Assembly: GCA_000165345.1 (NCBI GenBank)
Contig: CM000431.1
Location: forward strand, 672,001 to 736,000
Reading direction: 5' to 3'
DNA: 64,000 bases
Below are positions 10,066-18,776 of the stretch, piece after piece. The position numbers and the translations under genes were made by a program. The first letter of the stretch is position 1; each line of letters begins with the position of its first letter. The notes under the pieces are model-generated. The model was not told where the DNA came from and did not search any database. It saw only the letters and a program-made list of their open reading frames with translations.

Positions 10066-10783
10066 ATGGAGGAAAATAATCAAATATCGCTTTCCCTTTT
10101 AACTTTTTTAAGATATGAGTATTTAAATTATTGTATAAACAAATCATCTGAATTAATTTCAGATGAAAAGAATTTTCAGACTGTAAAACACTCTAAAAAA
10201 CTGTCAATAAGTGGATTACAAGTTTGCAAAGACTCACTAATAAGAGAACTTTCTATGTCAACTCTCGAAGAATCTGGATTTTATTTGGGAATTAGATTAG
10301 TTGAAAGGTTAGTGACACGGTTATTCACTGCGCAGCAACACATACTTTAGATTATCAGTATTCCGCCACAGAATTTATGATCAAAAAGAAATAATTAAAT
10401 TTATTTGCAAAGACTTATGGAACTTCATATTTCTCAAACAAGCAGATAGGCTCAAGACAAACAGAAGAGTAAGTTAATATTCTAATTAATGTTTTGAAAC
10501 ACGTTTTCAGGGTGGTTACGCAATATTAGATAACGAGTTAATATGGCTTTCAAAACTGCCAAGCTCGATTAGCGCAAACTCTAGAAAAGTGCAATTTGAA
10601 CCAGCAATCAACGTCATTATTGTATGTGGAATTATCAGAGGAGCATTACAGCATTTAGGGCTTACGTGCTCAGTAGCAGCAGAAGTCAGCAAGATTCCTT
10701 CTTGTAAGTTATTGTCGCGTATATTTTATTTTAATTCAGTTTTAGGCACGTTTCAAATACGTGTATATGCCCCATCAAGGTAA
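10066..10783 (+). CDS. TRAPP complex subunit, Bet3-family fold (best resembles Trs31/TRAPPC5); 3-4 exons
   Basis: Exon 1 is 10066-10307 (ends ...GFYLGIRLVER). Exon 2 is 10372-10468 (RIYDQKEIIKFICKDLWNFIFLKQADRLKTNRR). Exon 3 runs from 10511 (GGYAILDNELIWLSKLP...NVIIVCGIIRGALQHLGL...). A candidate in-frame 42 nt intron lies at 10704-10745, with the last exon 10746-10783 (..TFQIRVYAPSR*). Donors are GTTAGT at 10308 and GTAAGTT at 10469 and 10704. The track shows only fragments at 10066-10350 and 10589-10783. Confidence 0.7.
10308..10371 (+). other. intron 1 of TRAPP subunit gene (64 nt, GTTAGT...CAG). Two alternative in-frame upstream acceptors at 10334/10335 and 10349/10350
   Basis: Exon 1 must end before the in-frame TAG at 10348-10350. 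The only good donor is GTTAGT at 10308. The three downstream AGs (10335, 10350, 10371) are all in frame with exon 2. The 10371 acceptor gives the best length match to TRAPPC5. Confidence 0.5.
10469..10510 (+). other. intron 2 of TRAPP subunit gene (42 nt, GTAAGTT...TTTTCAG)
   Basis: Exon 2 ends in phase 0 at 10468. Exon 3 starts at 10511 and continues the Bet3-family alignment. Confidence 0.6.
10704..10745 (+). other. candidate in-frame 42 nt intron or retained intron near the 3' end of the TRAPP subunit gene
   Basis: GTAAGTT donor identical to the intron 2 donor, with a TTTTAG acceptor. Length is a multiple of 3, so the spliced and unspliced forms both end at the same stop (10781-10783). 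The spliced form (..EVSKIPSCTFQIRVY..) fits the TRAPPC5 C-terminus better. Confidence 0.4.
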
Positions 10784-10857
10784 AATAGTAAGAAAATATT
10801 CAAATTTACTCTTTGTAAAATATTGTGTAATATTACATTAATTGCAATTCATATGCC

Positions 10858-10888
10858 CCACATTTTCATGTGGAAGGTGTGTGGCGCC
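10858..10888. promoter_or_regulatory. inverted repeat CCACAT-TTTC-ATGTGG followed by an E2F-like GC box TGGCGCC, about 125 nt upstream of the CENP-C-like ATG
   Basis: Read directly: ccacattttcatgtgg (10858-10873) and tggcgcc (10882-10888) in otherwise AT-rich spacer. Confidence 0.25.
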
Positions 10889-11008
10889 ATTCAACGAGCG
10901 GTTAACAAAAATTTATACTAACAAATTAATTATTTCTTGATTCAATAGAGAAATAATGATATATTTTTTAAATAAATTACTCATTGATACACAAGATTGT
11001 ACGTTTCA

Positions 11009-13633
11009 ATGCGTATAGCTGGAATAAAGAGTAACTCAATTACGCCTTTGAGGCAGCCATTTGAAACATTTGTTACAGGGAATGATGGAACGTATAAGAG
11101 TATTGATAGATGGAGGTCAAAATATTACTCTTCCAACGATGATTATTTGTCTCCAACGTTCTTGGATGACTCTTGCTCGTTATCATCATCTCCAATATTT
11201 CATGATGAAACTCCAAATACCACCATAGGTACGCCGGTTACCTCTCCGCGTAAAAAGAGTAGTAGTACAAGAAAAGTCAGAGTTTCAATTGACTCTGTTC
11301 TCACTAATTCTAATGAAAATACACCTACAAACAACCTAAATTATAAAAGGCCACCTTCAATTGGTACTCCAATACTCACCCCTCCATCAGCAAAAACTGC
11401 TGTTCATGACAATGAGGGATTTTTGATACCTGACCTACCAGGGACATCAAGGACGAGGAATTTTAGGAGCAGTCACCGGAACGATATCTCAAGAAGCTGT
11501 AATAACTACTCATCTGCAGATCCCGTTCACATTACAATGCCGCCAAGACTAGGACTGCCATCACAAACTCCATTGAATATGAAAGACCAATATAGAAAGT
11601 CCCCTCTTCCTGTTGTATCAGCAAACTTGGATTACAGAACGGTTTACATGGGTGACAAACTGGCAGCAAGGGCAAAAGATTTAAGGAGGAATTATACTGT
11701 ATCTCTTCGTGAAGCTTCTCCCTTTTTTCGTAATAATTATGAGTATGATCATTCTTATTCAGAAAACCCTACGATTCATGAGGATGACCTTATTTTGCAT
11801 CGCGGGGAAATACTTAGAAACAAATACTCAAAGTTACACAGGGCTCGGCCCAGTACAAACTGTGTGGCTAGTGATCAAAGGAGTAGATCGCTTTCTTCTT
11901 ATTACTCAGAAAGCGCATCTAGAAAAAATTTCTCTCCAGGATATAGAAGTAACTCCCTATATAATAACTATCGCCACTCGATTTTCGGGAATTTTAGGTG
12001 GAATAACAAGAGACGAAGATTAGGAAGCTATATTGCCAGCCAAAATGATATCTTACAACAACATATTCAAATAATCGACAAATCTTTAGATAGATCATCC
12101 AATGGTGATTTTGCTCTTTTTGAAGGTGGAATGCTTGACTCTCCAGATAGTAATAAAAATTGCACGCATGAATCAAGCAGTCCGATAAAAAGTAGATATA
12201 TCAATTCACAAGAACTTAACTTTAATTTAGAAAAAAGTTCAGTAAAAGCCATCTCAAGTCCAAGCAATGAGGTTAAATCAAGTAATATAAACTCTCGTGA
12301 AGCAAACAACTCGGAGGCCATAAACTACACAACGGACAATATGAAGAACTTAGAAGTGCCTTCCGATTCGGGAAAGCTTACTTTCAAACATTTTGACTCA
12401 AATGAGCCAGACGATCCTGCACAACCCAATGATCAAGATGTTTCATTTAATTCAGTTTTTGGCTCTTCGCAAGCCAACGAATATGGAGAATCTGACATTC
12501 AAGACCTATCTGTTGTTGTAATGAGTAGTTCATCAAAAAAGTGTTTACCCTCTGCAATTTCAAATTCAAGTTTGGATGAAATTGTGCCACATCCGATTCC
12601 CAACTCGTCTGAAATATCCAATAGAGATATATATGGAGCACCAAATGAAATTGAATCATTTACCAATGACGATAGTCACTCTAATGAGAATAAGCCTGAA
12701 AAAAGTAAAAATGTAAAAAACAAAAGGACCAGAGCTGACAGCCAAAAAAAACACGCTAGAGGTAAGACAATAAATAGAAGGCGTCACATTGACTATCATA
12801 TACCGATAGATCAAGTCAAACCACCACCTGGAATAGGTACAAAACCATTGTCTGATGAGCCTTCAAACTTTGAGAACTCATCCAGAAGATATCCCAAGAG
12901 ACTCAGGACAGCTCCGCTTAAATGGTACCTGGGTGAAAGGCTGGAATACCATCGAGATGAAAAGAACGAACTTGGCTACACAATTGCCGCTATACACAAG
13001 GTTGCAAACCCAAAGATGCTTCCTAATGAGCGTGGGAGTATCCATCCCAACAGTGATATTTCTACATACCCAGCTTCTTGCAAACCTAATACTGATGAAC
13101 TTGAATTTCACAAAAAAAGTAACCGTGACGTTTGTTCCGACAAATCAAAACCTAGAGCTGAGAATACAAATATATCAAAGAAGGTCAAGTCTAAAGTAAA
13201 GCGTGTTTCTGGAAACGATCAAGAAAAAAAATCTAATGCTGTTATTCTTAAAGATTATGAAACAAATGAAGAATTTTCAATGATATCTGTATTTGACAGA
13301 AATACTCTATGCTGGGCTGATGTTGAGTACACTGCAGGTAAACCATATAGTGTTGCTCTTTCTTTTATATCTAGTCAAGCAACTTGCTGTGAAATATGCC
13401 TTCCTCCTCTAACTGAGAAAGGGCTCGATGAAAGTCAAGATAATTACATACTAGGGCATGTATATATGGCCCCGGATAGTAAATCTTTACAAATAATGAT
13501 AAGTGATAACAATGTTTACAACATTGGTGTTGGAGACTGGTTCCTAATACCTGACAATACGAACTACAATTTCAGCAATACTTCTGATCATTCAGAAATT
13601 TATATTTCTTTGTATGTTATTAAGGATAGTTAG
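11009..13633 (+). CDS. CENPC: centromere protein C (CENP-C/Mif2) homologue
   Basis: The first ATG is at 11009; the track start at 10997 is a TTG. A long Ser/Asn-rich low-complexity N-terminal region is followed by a CENP-C motif (SSRRYPKRLRTAPLKWYLGERLEY, cf. RRS-R-(V/T)APL-YW-E-I-Y). A C-terminal cupin-like dimerisation domain follows (ILKDYETNEEFSMISVFDRN...GHVYMAPDSKSLQIMISDNNVYNIGVGDWFLIP). Confidence 0.75.
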   Translation: MRIAGIKSNSITPLRQPFETFVTGNDGTYKSIDRWRSKYYSSNDDYLSPTFLDDSCSLSSSPIFHDETPNTTIGTPVTSPRKKSSSTRKVRVSIDSVLTNSNENTPTNNLNYKRPPSIGTPILTPPSAKTAVHDNEGFLIPDLPGTSRTRNFRSSHRNDISRSCNNYSSADPVHITMPPRLGLPSQTPLNMKDQYRKSPLPVVSANLDYRTVYMGDKLAARAKDLRRNYTVSLREASPFFRNNYEYDHSYSENPTIHEDDLILHRGEILRNKYSKLHRARPSTNCVASDQRSRSLSSYYSESASRKNFSPGYRSNSLYNNYRHSIFGNFRWNNKRRRLGSYIASQNDILQQHIQIIDKSLDRSSNGDFALFEGGMLDSPDSNKNCTHESSSPIKSRYINSQELNFNLEKSSVKAISSPSNEVKSSNINSREANNSEAINYTTDNMKNLEVPSDSGKLTFKHFDSNEPDDPAQPNDQDVSFNSVFGSSQANEYGESDIQDLSVVVMSSSSKKCLPSAISNSSLDEIVPHPIPNSSEISNRDIYGAPNEIESFTNDDSHSNENKPEKSKNVKNKRTRADSQKKHARGKTINRRRHIDYHIPIDQVKPPPGIGTKPLSDEPSNFENSSRRYPKRLRTAPLKWYLGERLEYHRDEKNELGYTIAAIHKVANPKMLPNERGSIHPNSDISTYPASCKPNTDELEFHKKSNRDVCSDKSKPRAENTNISKKVKSKVKRVSGNDQEKKSNAVILKDYETNEEFSMISVFDRNTLCWADVEYTAGKPYSVALSFISSQATCCEICLPPLTEKGLDESQDNYILGHVYMAPDSKSLQIMISDNNVYNIGVGDWFLIPDNTNYNFSNTSDHSEIYISLYVIKDS

Positions 13634-13656
13634 TTATGATAATTTATCTTTTCCCT

Positions 13657-15034
13657 CTATATCCACGTTCTTCTGAGTATTTTACTTGGTAAATAAGTAT
13701 TCACCAAATAATCACTAGAAATTGATTGGAATGCTTCTAATTCGCATTTATAATTATGTTCATACATCAGTTTGCATTGCCGACAAAGTATCTCACATTC
13801 CTATTTGTGTTAATTGTTACTTGTACTTAATGTTCGTGCTTACCTTTATTGCTGGATCTTCTATTAGTGATTTCAAGGTGGATCTATCTTTTTCGGATAG
13901 AATAACCCTTGTCTACAAAAAATTAACTTAACTTTTATAGCATTATAACTTACATCGGATGGAATGAGTTCTGTATCTTCAAAATGTATTCCCAAATAAT
14001 ATATACTTGGACAAGCTAAAATATATAAAACAAAATTATGGAGTAAAGTTTATTGTCATACCTGCCAATTGTGATTCAAAATTGCTTGAACCTCGTACGT
14101 ATGTTAGGTATATATTGATGCCATGTGGATCAAAGTCCCCTAAATATAAAGCCTATCAGAACTTATAAGAGGTAATAAAAATAAGTGAGAACTTACTGTA
14201 ATTCCAGATTTACATATAATGTCGGAGACTAATTTCCTAGTTGAAATATCTGGAAAGCCTTTACCTACTTTGAATTATTTATAATAAAAACATTTTTTTA
14301 CATACCCGTAATTACCAAACAAGGAATCCTATTATAAATCTCTCTCTCCATTAAATACTGAAATATCGAAGCCTTTTCAATAACTAATAAATATTTCACA
14401 TTTGTCTTTATTATATATTTACTGTCATTTGGATCAAATATATCTGTGATCGTTGCTCCTGACACTCCAAGTTCTTCAACGTCTAAAAAATCTGAATTCT
14501 AAGAATAATTTGAAAATATAAAAATGTGAACCCTTACTTTATAAATTAGTTTTATTCTTCCGCCAATCATTCCTTTTGGAGAAGGGAATAATCCAAATGA
14601 TATTCTTGGTATCTGCAGGATTTCTGAAAAGTCTAAATTTCAGGTTTATTAATTATCATTATTTTGTTTACTTACTTTGCACTATTCTATTTACTTGGGA
14701 TTGACTCTATAAAGGGTGATTTATTATAAATATTTGTAGTTTAGTACTTACCTTAAAAAGCCAACTATTATGATAGTATAACTCTCTTAATGTTAATTTT
14801 CTACCTCTTTTCTGTGCACTATGTAAAACGTTCGCAATTGAAGTAACTAATTAAATTGTTTAAGTAAATTATTTAAAAAACCAACTTACTCTTTGCAATA
14901 TTAATTACATCATTTTTTCTTCTTGATGAGCCAATAATATATTGATCGCATTGTAAAGATTCAATCCAATTTAGTGTATTAAAAGATGTAGATTTCCCCA
15001 AATTAAATAAAACAATATCTTCAATAAAATTCAT
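13657..15034 (-). CDS. SPO11: Spo11 / topoisomerase VI subunit A-like meiotic DSB transesterase; 10 exons, 9 short introns
   Basis: Exons on the minus strand: 14890-15034, 14752-14804, 14676-14706 (31 nt micro-exon), 14538-14632, 14306-14498, 14197-14264, 14062-14152, 13954-14015, 13844-13912, 13657-13800. The total is 951 nt (316 aa). Introns are 39-85 nt with GTAAGT, GTATGT, GTAAGG or GTAAGC donors and AG acceptors. Phase is consistent throughout. The protein carries the catalytic-Tyr motif (RKLTLRELYYHNSWLF), a 5Y-CAP/WHD segment (ISFGLFPSPKGMIGG), a Toprim region with Glu (LLVIEKASIFQYL), ITGKGFPDISTRKLV, a DxD motif (ALYLGDFDPHGINIY), then LGIHFEDTELIPSD and a C-terminal KCELEAF...YLPSKI. 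The ORF track has no call here. Confidence 0.8.
14676..14706 (-). other. 31 nt micro-exon (exon 3) of Spo11
   Basis: Encodes SQSQVNRIVQ(N). Flanked by a 45 nt intron (14707-14751) and a 43 nt intron (14633-14675). It is required to keep the frame between the RELYY exon and the SPKGMIGG exon. Confidence 0.55.
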
Positions 15035-15214
15035 TTATACTTCATTAAGCAAAAGCAACAAAATAAATAATTTACCTCCCTTCTAAATAGTTGTATATTT
15101 ATAAGTATTTCAATATAATTTTTTTCCTGGTTATTTTTTTATCTTGAAAATCTAATAATTTTTTAAATTACCGCAATAAAGAAAACATTTATTATTAAAT
15201 TGTACCACATTATA

Positions 15215-18200
15215 ATGGTAAAAATAACGAATGATGAAAATGAAAGGACGATTATATTGAATAATAAAAATGAAGAAAGCTTTATCCATTCATTCAAAAG
15301 ACTTAATGTAATAAAAACAGCAAGATATTCTCTTTTATTTTTTTTACCAAAAAATCTATATGATCAATTTAACAATGTTGCAAATATTTACTTTTTGGCA
15401 ATAGGTATTATGCAAATGGTACCTTCAATATCATCATCTGGTGGAATCCCTACAATAGCTCTTCCTTTAATATGTATGTTATGTTTTTCTGCGGCGCAAG
15501 CAGCATATGAAGATTGGAAAAGACATAAAGCAGACTCAGAAATAAACAACCTTCCTACGTATGCATATGATCCAATTAAAGGTAATTTTGCAGTCACAAA
15601 ATGGGGTGATTTGAAGAACGGAGATCTTGTAATTGTTAAAAATAGAGAAATTTTTCCTGCTGATATGGTATTACTTGCCTCTAGTCAAAATGATAATCGA
15701 GTGTTTGTCGAGACTGCCTCAATGGACGGTGAAACAAACCTAAAGCTTCGAGAAAGCCCTAGAATTCTTTTTAATAATGGAGTTAGAAATATTAGTGATA
15801 TCCTTACTATTTCAAAAGGTATAATGTATTGTGGGGAGCCAAATGATCACCCAAAAAAGATACATATAAATTCAAAATTTGTGTTGAAAAATTCTAAGGA
15901 CGATGAAAAAGAACTCAATTTTTCGTGTAATTCATCAAATATGTTATTACGTGGGTGTAAGCTAAGAAACACCTCATGGGCACTTGGCGTTGTGGCATAC
16001 ACTGCTCATGAAACGAAAATTTATCAAAGCAGTTTTAGATCAGCCCCACATAAAATGAGTAATGTACAATCTTTATATAACCAAGTAACTATTGCATCAT
16101 TCATCTTCTTGTTGTTTATTTGCCTTTCTTTTGGAATTATTGTAGCTTGCATTGATTACTTTGGAGGACCAGAATTGTCGAAAAAGTTTATTCCAATTGG
16201 GAAAATGGAGCCCAACGAAAGTGTGATTAAAACTTCAATAATTACTTTTTTTACCTGGATTATTGTTCTTGCAAATCTAATACCTATTGGAATGTTTTTT
16301 TATTTAGTAATATCCAAAGTTTCACAAGCAATAATCATTGCTTCAGATTCTAGATTAACAAGTCAAAACTCTACTGTTGTAAGGAATTCAGATTTAAATG
16401 ACGAGCTAGGTCAGGTATCTTATATTTGTACTGACAAAACAGGAACATTAACAAGGAATTACATGGAATTCAAAACTGTTTGTATTAACGGAAACGTATA
16501 TGGAGGTAACCATCACGAAATGAGGCAAGATACAGATCAATTGAGTATTGAACACACAGAAAAACAAAAAATAACTCCGCATGTTGACATGGAAGATGAA
16601 TTACTGAGAAAAAACTTAAAAGAAGGAAATAAGGAAGAGATAGAAATACTATTGAATTTTGCTCTAAACCATACAGTATTAATACAAGAAAATGAGGTTG
16701 ATTTAGATGAACCACCTCTCTATTCGGCAAGTTCAACTGATGAGGAAGCGCTTGTATTAGCTTCCCACCACTTTGGAATATCACTAGTTTCCCAAAACTG
16801 CTCAAAAAGTACAATTAAATTTTCTGGGATAGGAACTAACCAAACTTCTGTTGAGTTTGAAACATTGCTAAGATTTGAATTTGACCACGCAAGAAAAATA
16901 AGTTCAGTATTGGTAAAATTCCCAAAAAAAATCTTTAGTTACGAGTCAAATGATTCAGATGGTTATAGGTATATCCTATTTTCTAAAGGATCGGAATCTG
17001 CAATAAAAGAATGTTGTGTTAATCAAGAAAGTTTGGATATTGCTAATGAAACATTTGAATATGCAACAGAATTTGCTAGTAATGGCTATAGGACACTGTG
17101 TTTTGCAAAAAAAGAACTTAGTGAAAATGAAGTTATTGATATTTTAAATAACTTTAAACATGACAATAAAATTCATTTAGAAGAAGTTAGAACATTCTTT
17201 GAAAGCAACTTGACTCTACAGGGGTGTTCCGGAATTGAAGATATCTTACAGCACCGTGCCCAGGAAACGATTGAGTCACTGATTGCTTCAGGTATCAAAG
17301 TTTGGATGCTTACCGGCGATCGACAAGAAACTGCAATAAACATTGCAGTTAGGGTTGGAATCATTTCAGATGAAATGGAAGTTATTATTTTTGATGAAAA
17401 TAAACTTGAATCATTTTCAAATAATTTAATTAAAGAATTTCCCGATAGATCAAGTTTTTTGAATAGAGAAAATGGCTCATTCAATTTCTCAAATGTAGTA
17501 TTAGTCATTGATTCCAAAATATTGGAAAAGGCCCTAGTAATTGATGAAGCTAAATTTGCAAAAATTGCAACAAAATGTTCATCTGTAGTTTGTTCTAGAG
17601 TTACACCTCAACAAAAAGCACAAGTTGTCAAGTTAATTCAGGAATTTACAAAGCAAAGAGTATTAGCAATTGGTGATGGCGGAAATGACTGTACTATGTT
17701 ACAAACTGCAAATGTTGGTGTTGGCATCCATGGTTCAGAAGGCATGCAAGCTTATAATGTATCTGATTTTGGTATTTCCCAATTCTGTCATCTTCAACCT
17801 TTGGTTCTTATACACGGAAGGCTCTGTTACAGAAGAACATCTATTTTGGTGCTATATAACCTTTACAAATGTTTTACTCTAAATATTGTGAGTGTTTATT
17901 TTGGTTTTGCATCGCTTTTCACAGGGTCTAAATTGTTTTTTGAATTACTATTCCAGTTATATAACTTTCTATATACTTCAGTACCTCCCATAATTTTTGC
18001 AACATTTGATTCAGATATTCCAATTACATTACCATATGATTATCACGAGCCACTTTATTTATTAGGCATAACCAAGCCATTCTTTTCATTAAAAATATTT
18101 GGGATTTGGTCCATGAATGCTGTTTTCCATGCAGCGGTATCATTGTTCATTCCTTACTTTATTTTGGGAGGCAACAATCCAATATCAAATGATGGATACG

Positions 18201-18751
18201 TTCCAGATTTTTGGACTACAGGGCTAGCCGTTTATACCAATGTTGTAATTGTTGTAAATACCAAGATATTACTCGAAGCATTTACTTCATGGAGTCTTGT
18301 TTTATTTTCAATAATAATATGTGCCTTTCTATTTTTTCTATCAATTTTGTGTTTCCCCTACATTTTCCATATACCAGAATTGGAATTAGCAGCTAAAAGG
18401 GCAATCATTACCCCAATGTTCGTCATTACAATTGTTATATCAATTACAGTTACTATTTCACTAGATTGGATATTAAAAATATATAAAAGAAGCTTATACC
18501 CTGAAATATCTCACTTGTTGCAGAATAAGTGGTATAAAATATACAAAAAAAAATATGAATCTCACAGGCAACTTCTTCTGAAACACTTATCACTTAATTG
18601 GCTCGAGTCCATGAGAAGATTAAAAAGAAAGAAATCGGCAGAAGTTGAACAAATTCAAATAAGGAAAAAATCATCTGATATAATTGGATATGCATTCAAC
18701 TATCCAGATGTTAACGTGAGTCAGCTGTTTCTATCAAATAAAACAATATAA
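15215..18751 (+). CDS. phospholipid-transporting P4-type ATPase (aminophospholipid flippase)
   Basis: 1178 aa from the first ATG at 15215; the track start at 15200 is a TTG. Phosphorylation motif ICTDKTGTLTRN and hinge GDGGNDCTMLQTANVGVGI. The TM segments and N-terminal flippase-type motifs (LLFFLPKNLYDQF) are as expected for a P4-ATPase. Confidence 0.9.
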   Translation: MVKITNDENERTIILNNKNEESFIHSFKRLNVIKTARYSLLFFLPKNLYDQFNNVANIYFLAIGIMQMVPSISSSGGIPTIALPLICMLCFSAAQAAYEDWKRHKADSEINNLPTYAYDPIKGNFAVTKWGDLKNGDLVIVKNREIFPADMVLLASSQNDNRVFVETASMDGETNLKLRESPRILFNNGVRNISDILTISKGIMYCGEPNDHPKKIHINSKFVLKNSKDDEKELNFSCNSSNMLLRGCKLRNTSWALGVVAYTAHETKIYQSSFRSAPHKMSNVQSLYNQVTIASFIFLLFICLSFGIIVACIDYFGGPELSKKFIPIGKMEPNESVIKTSIITFFTWIIVLANLIPIGMFFYLVISKVSQAIIIASDSRLTSQNSTVVRNSDLNDELGQVSYICTDKTGTLTRNYMEFKTVCINGNVYGGNHHEMRQDTDQLSIEHTEKQKITPHVDMEDELLRKNLKEGNKEEIEILLNFALNHTVLIQENEVDLDEPPLYSASSTDEEALVLASHHFGISLVSQNCSKSTIKFSGIGTNQTSVEFETLLRFEFDHARKISSVLVKFPKKIFSYESNDSDGYRYILFSKGSESAIKECCVNQESLDIANETFEYATEFASNGYRTLCFAKKELSENEVIDILNNFKHDNKIHLEEVRTFFESNLTLQGCSGIEDILQHRAQETIESLIASGIKVWMLTGDRQETAINIAVRVGIISDEMEVIIFDENKLESFSNNLIKEFPDRSSFLNRENGSFNFSNVVLVIDSKILEKALVIDEAKFAKIATKCSSVVCSRVTPQQKAQVVKLIQEFTKQRVLAIGDGGNDCTMLQTANVGVGIHGSEGMQAYNVSDFGISQFCHLQPLVLIHGRLCYRRTSILVLYNLYKCFTLNIVSVYFGFASLFTGSKLFFELLFQLYNFLYTSVPPIIFATFDSDIPITLPYDYHEPLYLLGITKPFFSLKIFGIWSMNAVFHAAVSLFIPYFILGGNNPISNDGYVPDFWTTGLAVYTNVVIVVNTKILLEAFTSWSLVLFSIIICAFLFFLSILCFPYIFHIPELELAAKRAIITPMFVITIVISITVTISLDWILKIYKRSLYPEISHLLQNKWYKIYKKKYESHRQLLLKHLSLNWLESMRRLKRKKSAEVEQIQIRKKSSDIIGYAFNYPDVNVSQLFLSNKTI

Positions 18752-18776
18752 ATTTATTTGTTATTGAAATTTTTAA

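Noticed and set aside
10308-10335. 28-nt intron (GTTAGT...CGCAG) in the TRAPP subunit gene, which would make the translated region read ..LVERSNTYFR..
   Set aside because: It is shorter than every other intron seen here (39-85 nt). The 64-nt version fits TRAPPC5 length better. Kept as an alternative acceptor, not as the primary model.
13722-13931. 69-aa plus-strand ORF in the CENP-C/Spo11 gap
   Set aside because: It lies antisense to the last exons and introns of the spliced Spo11 gene. Spurious.
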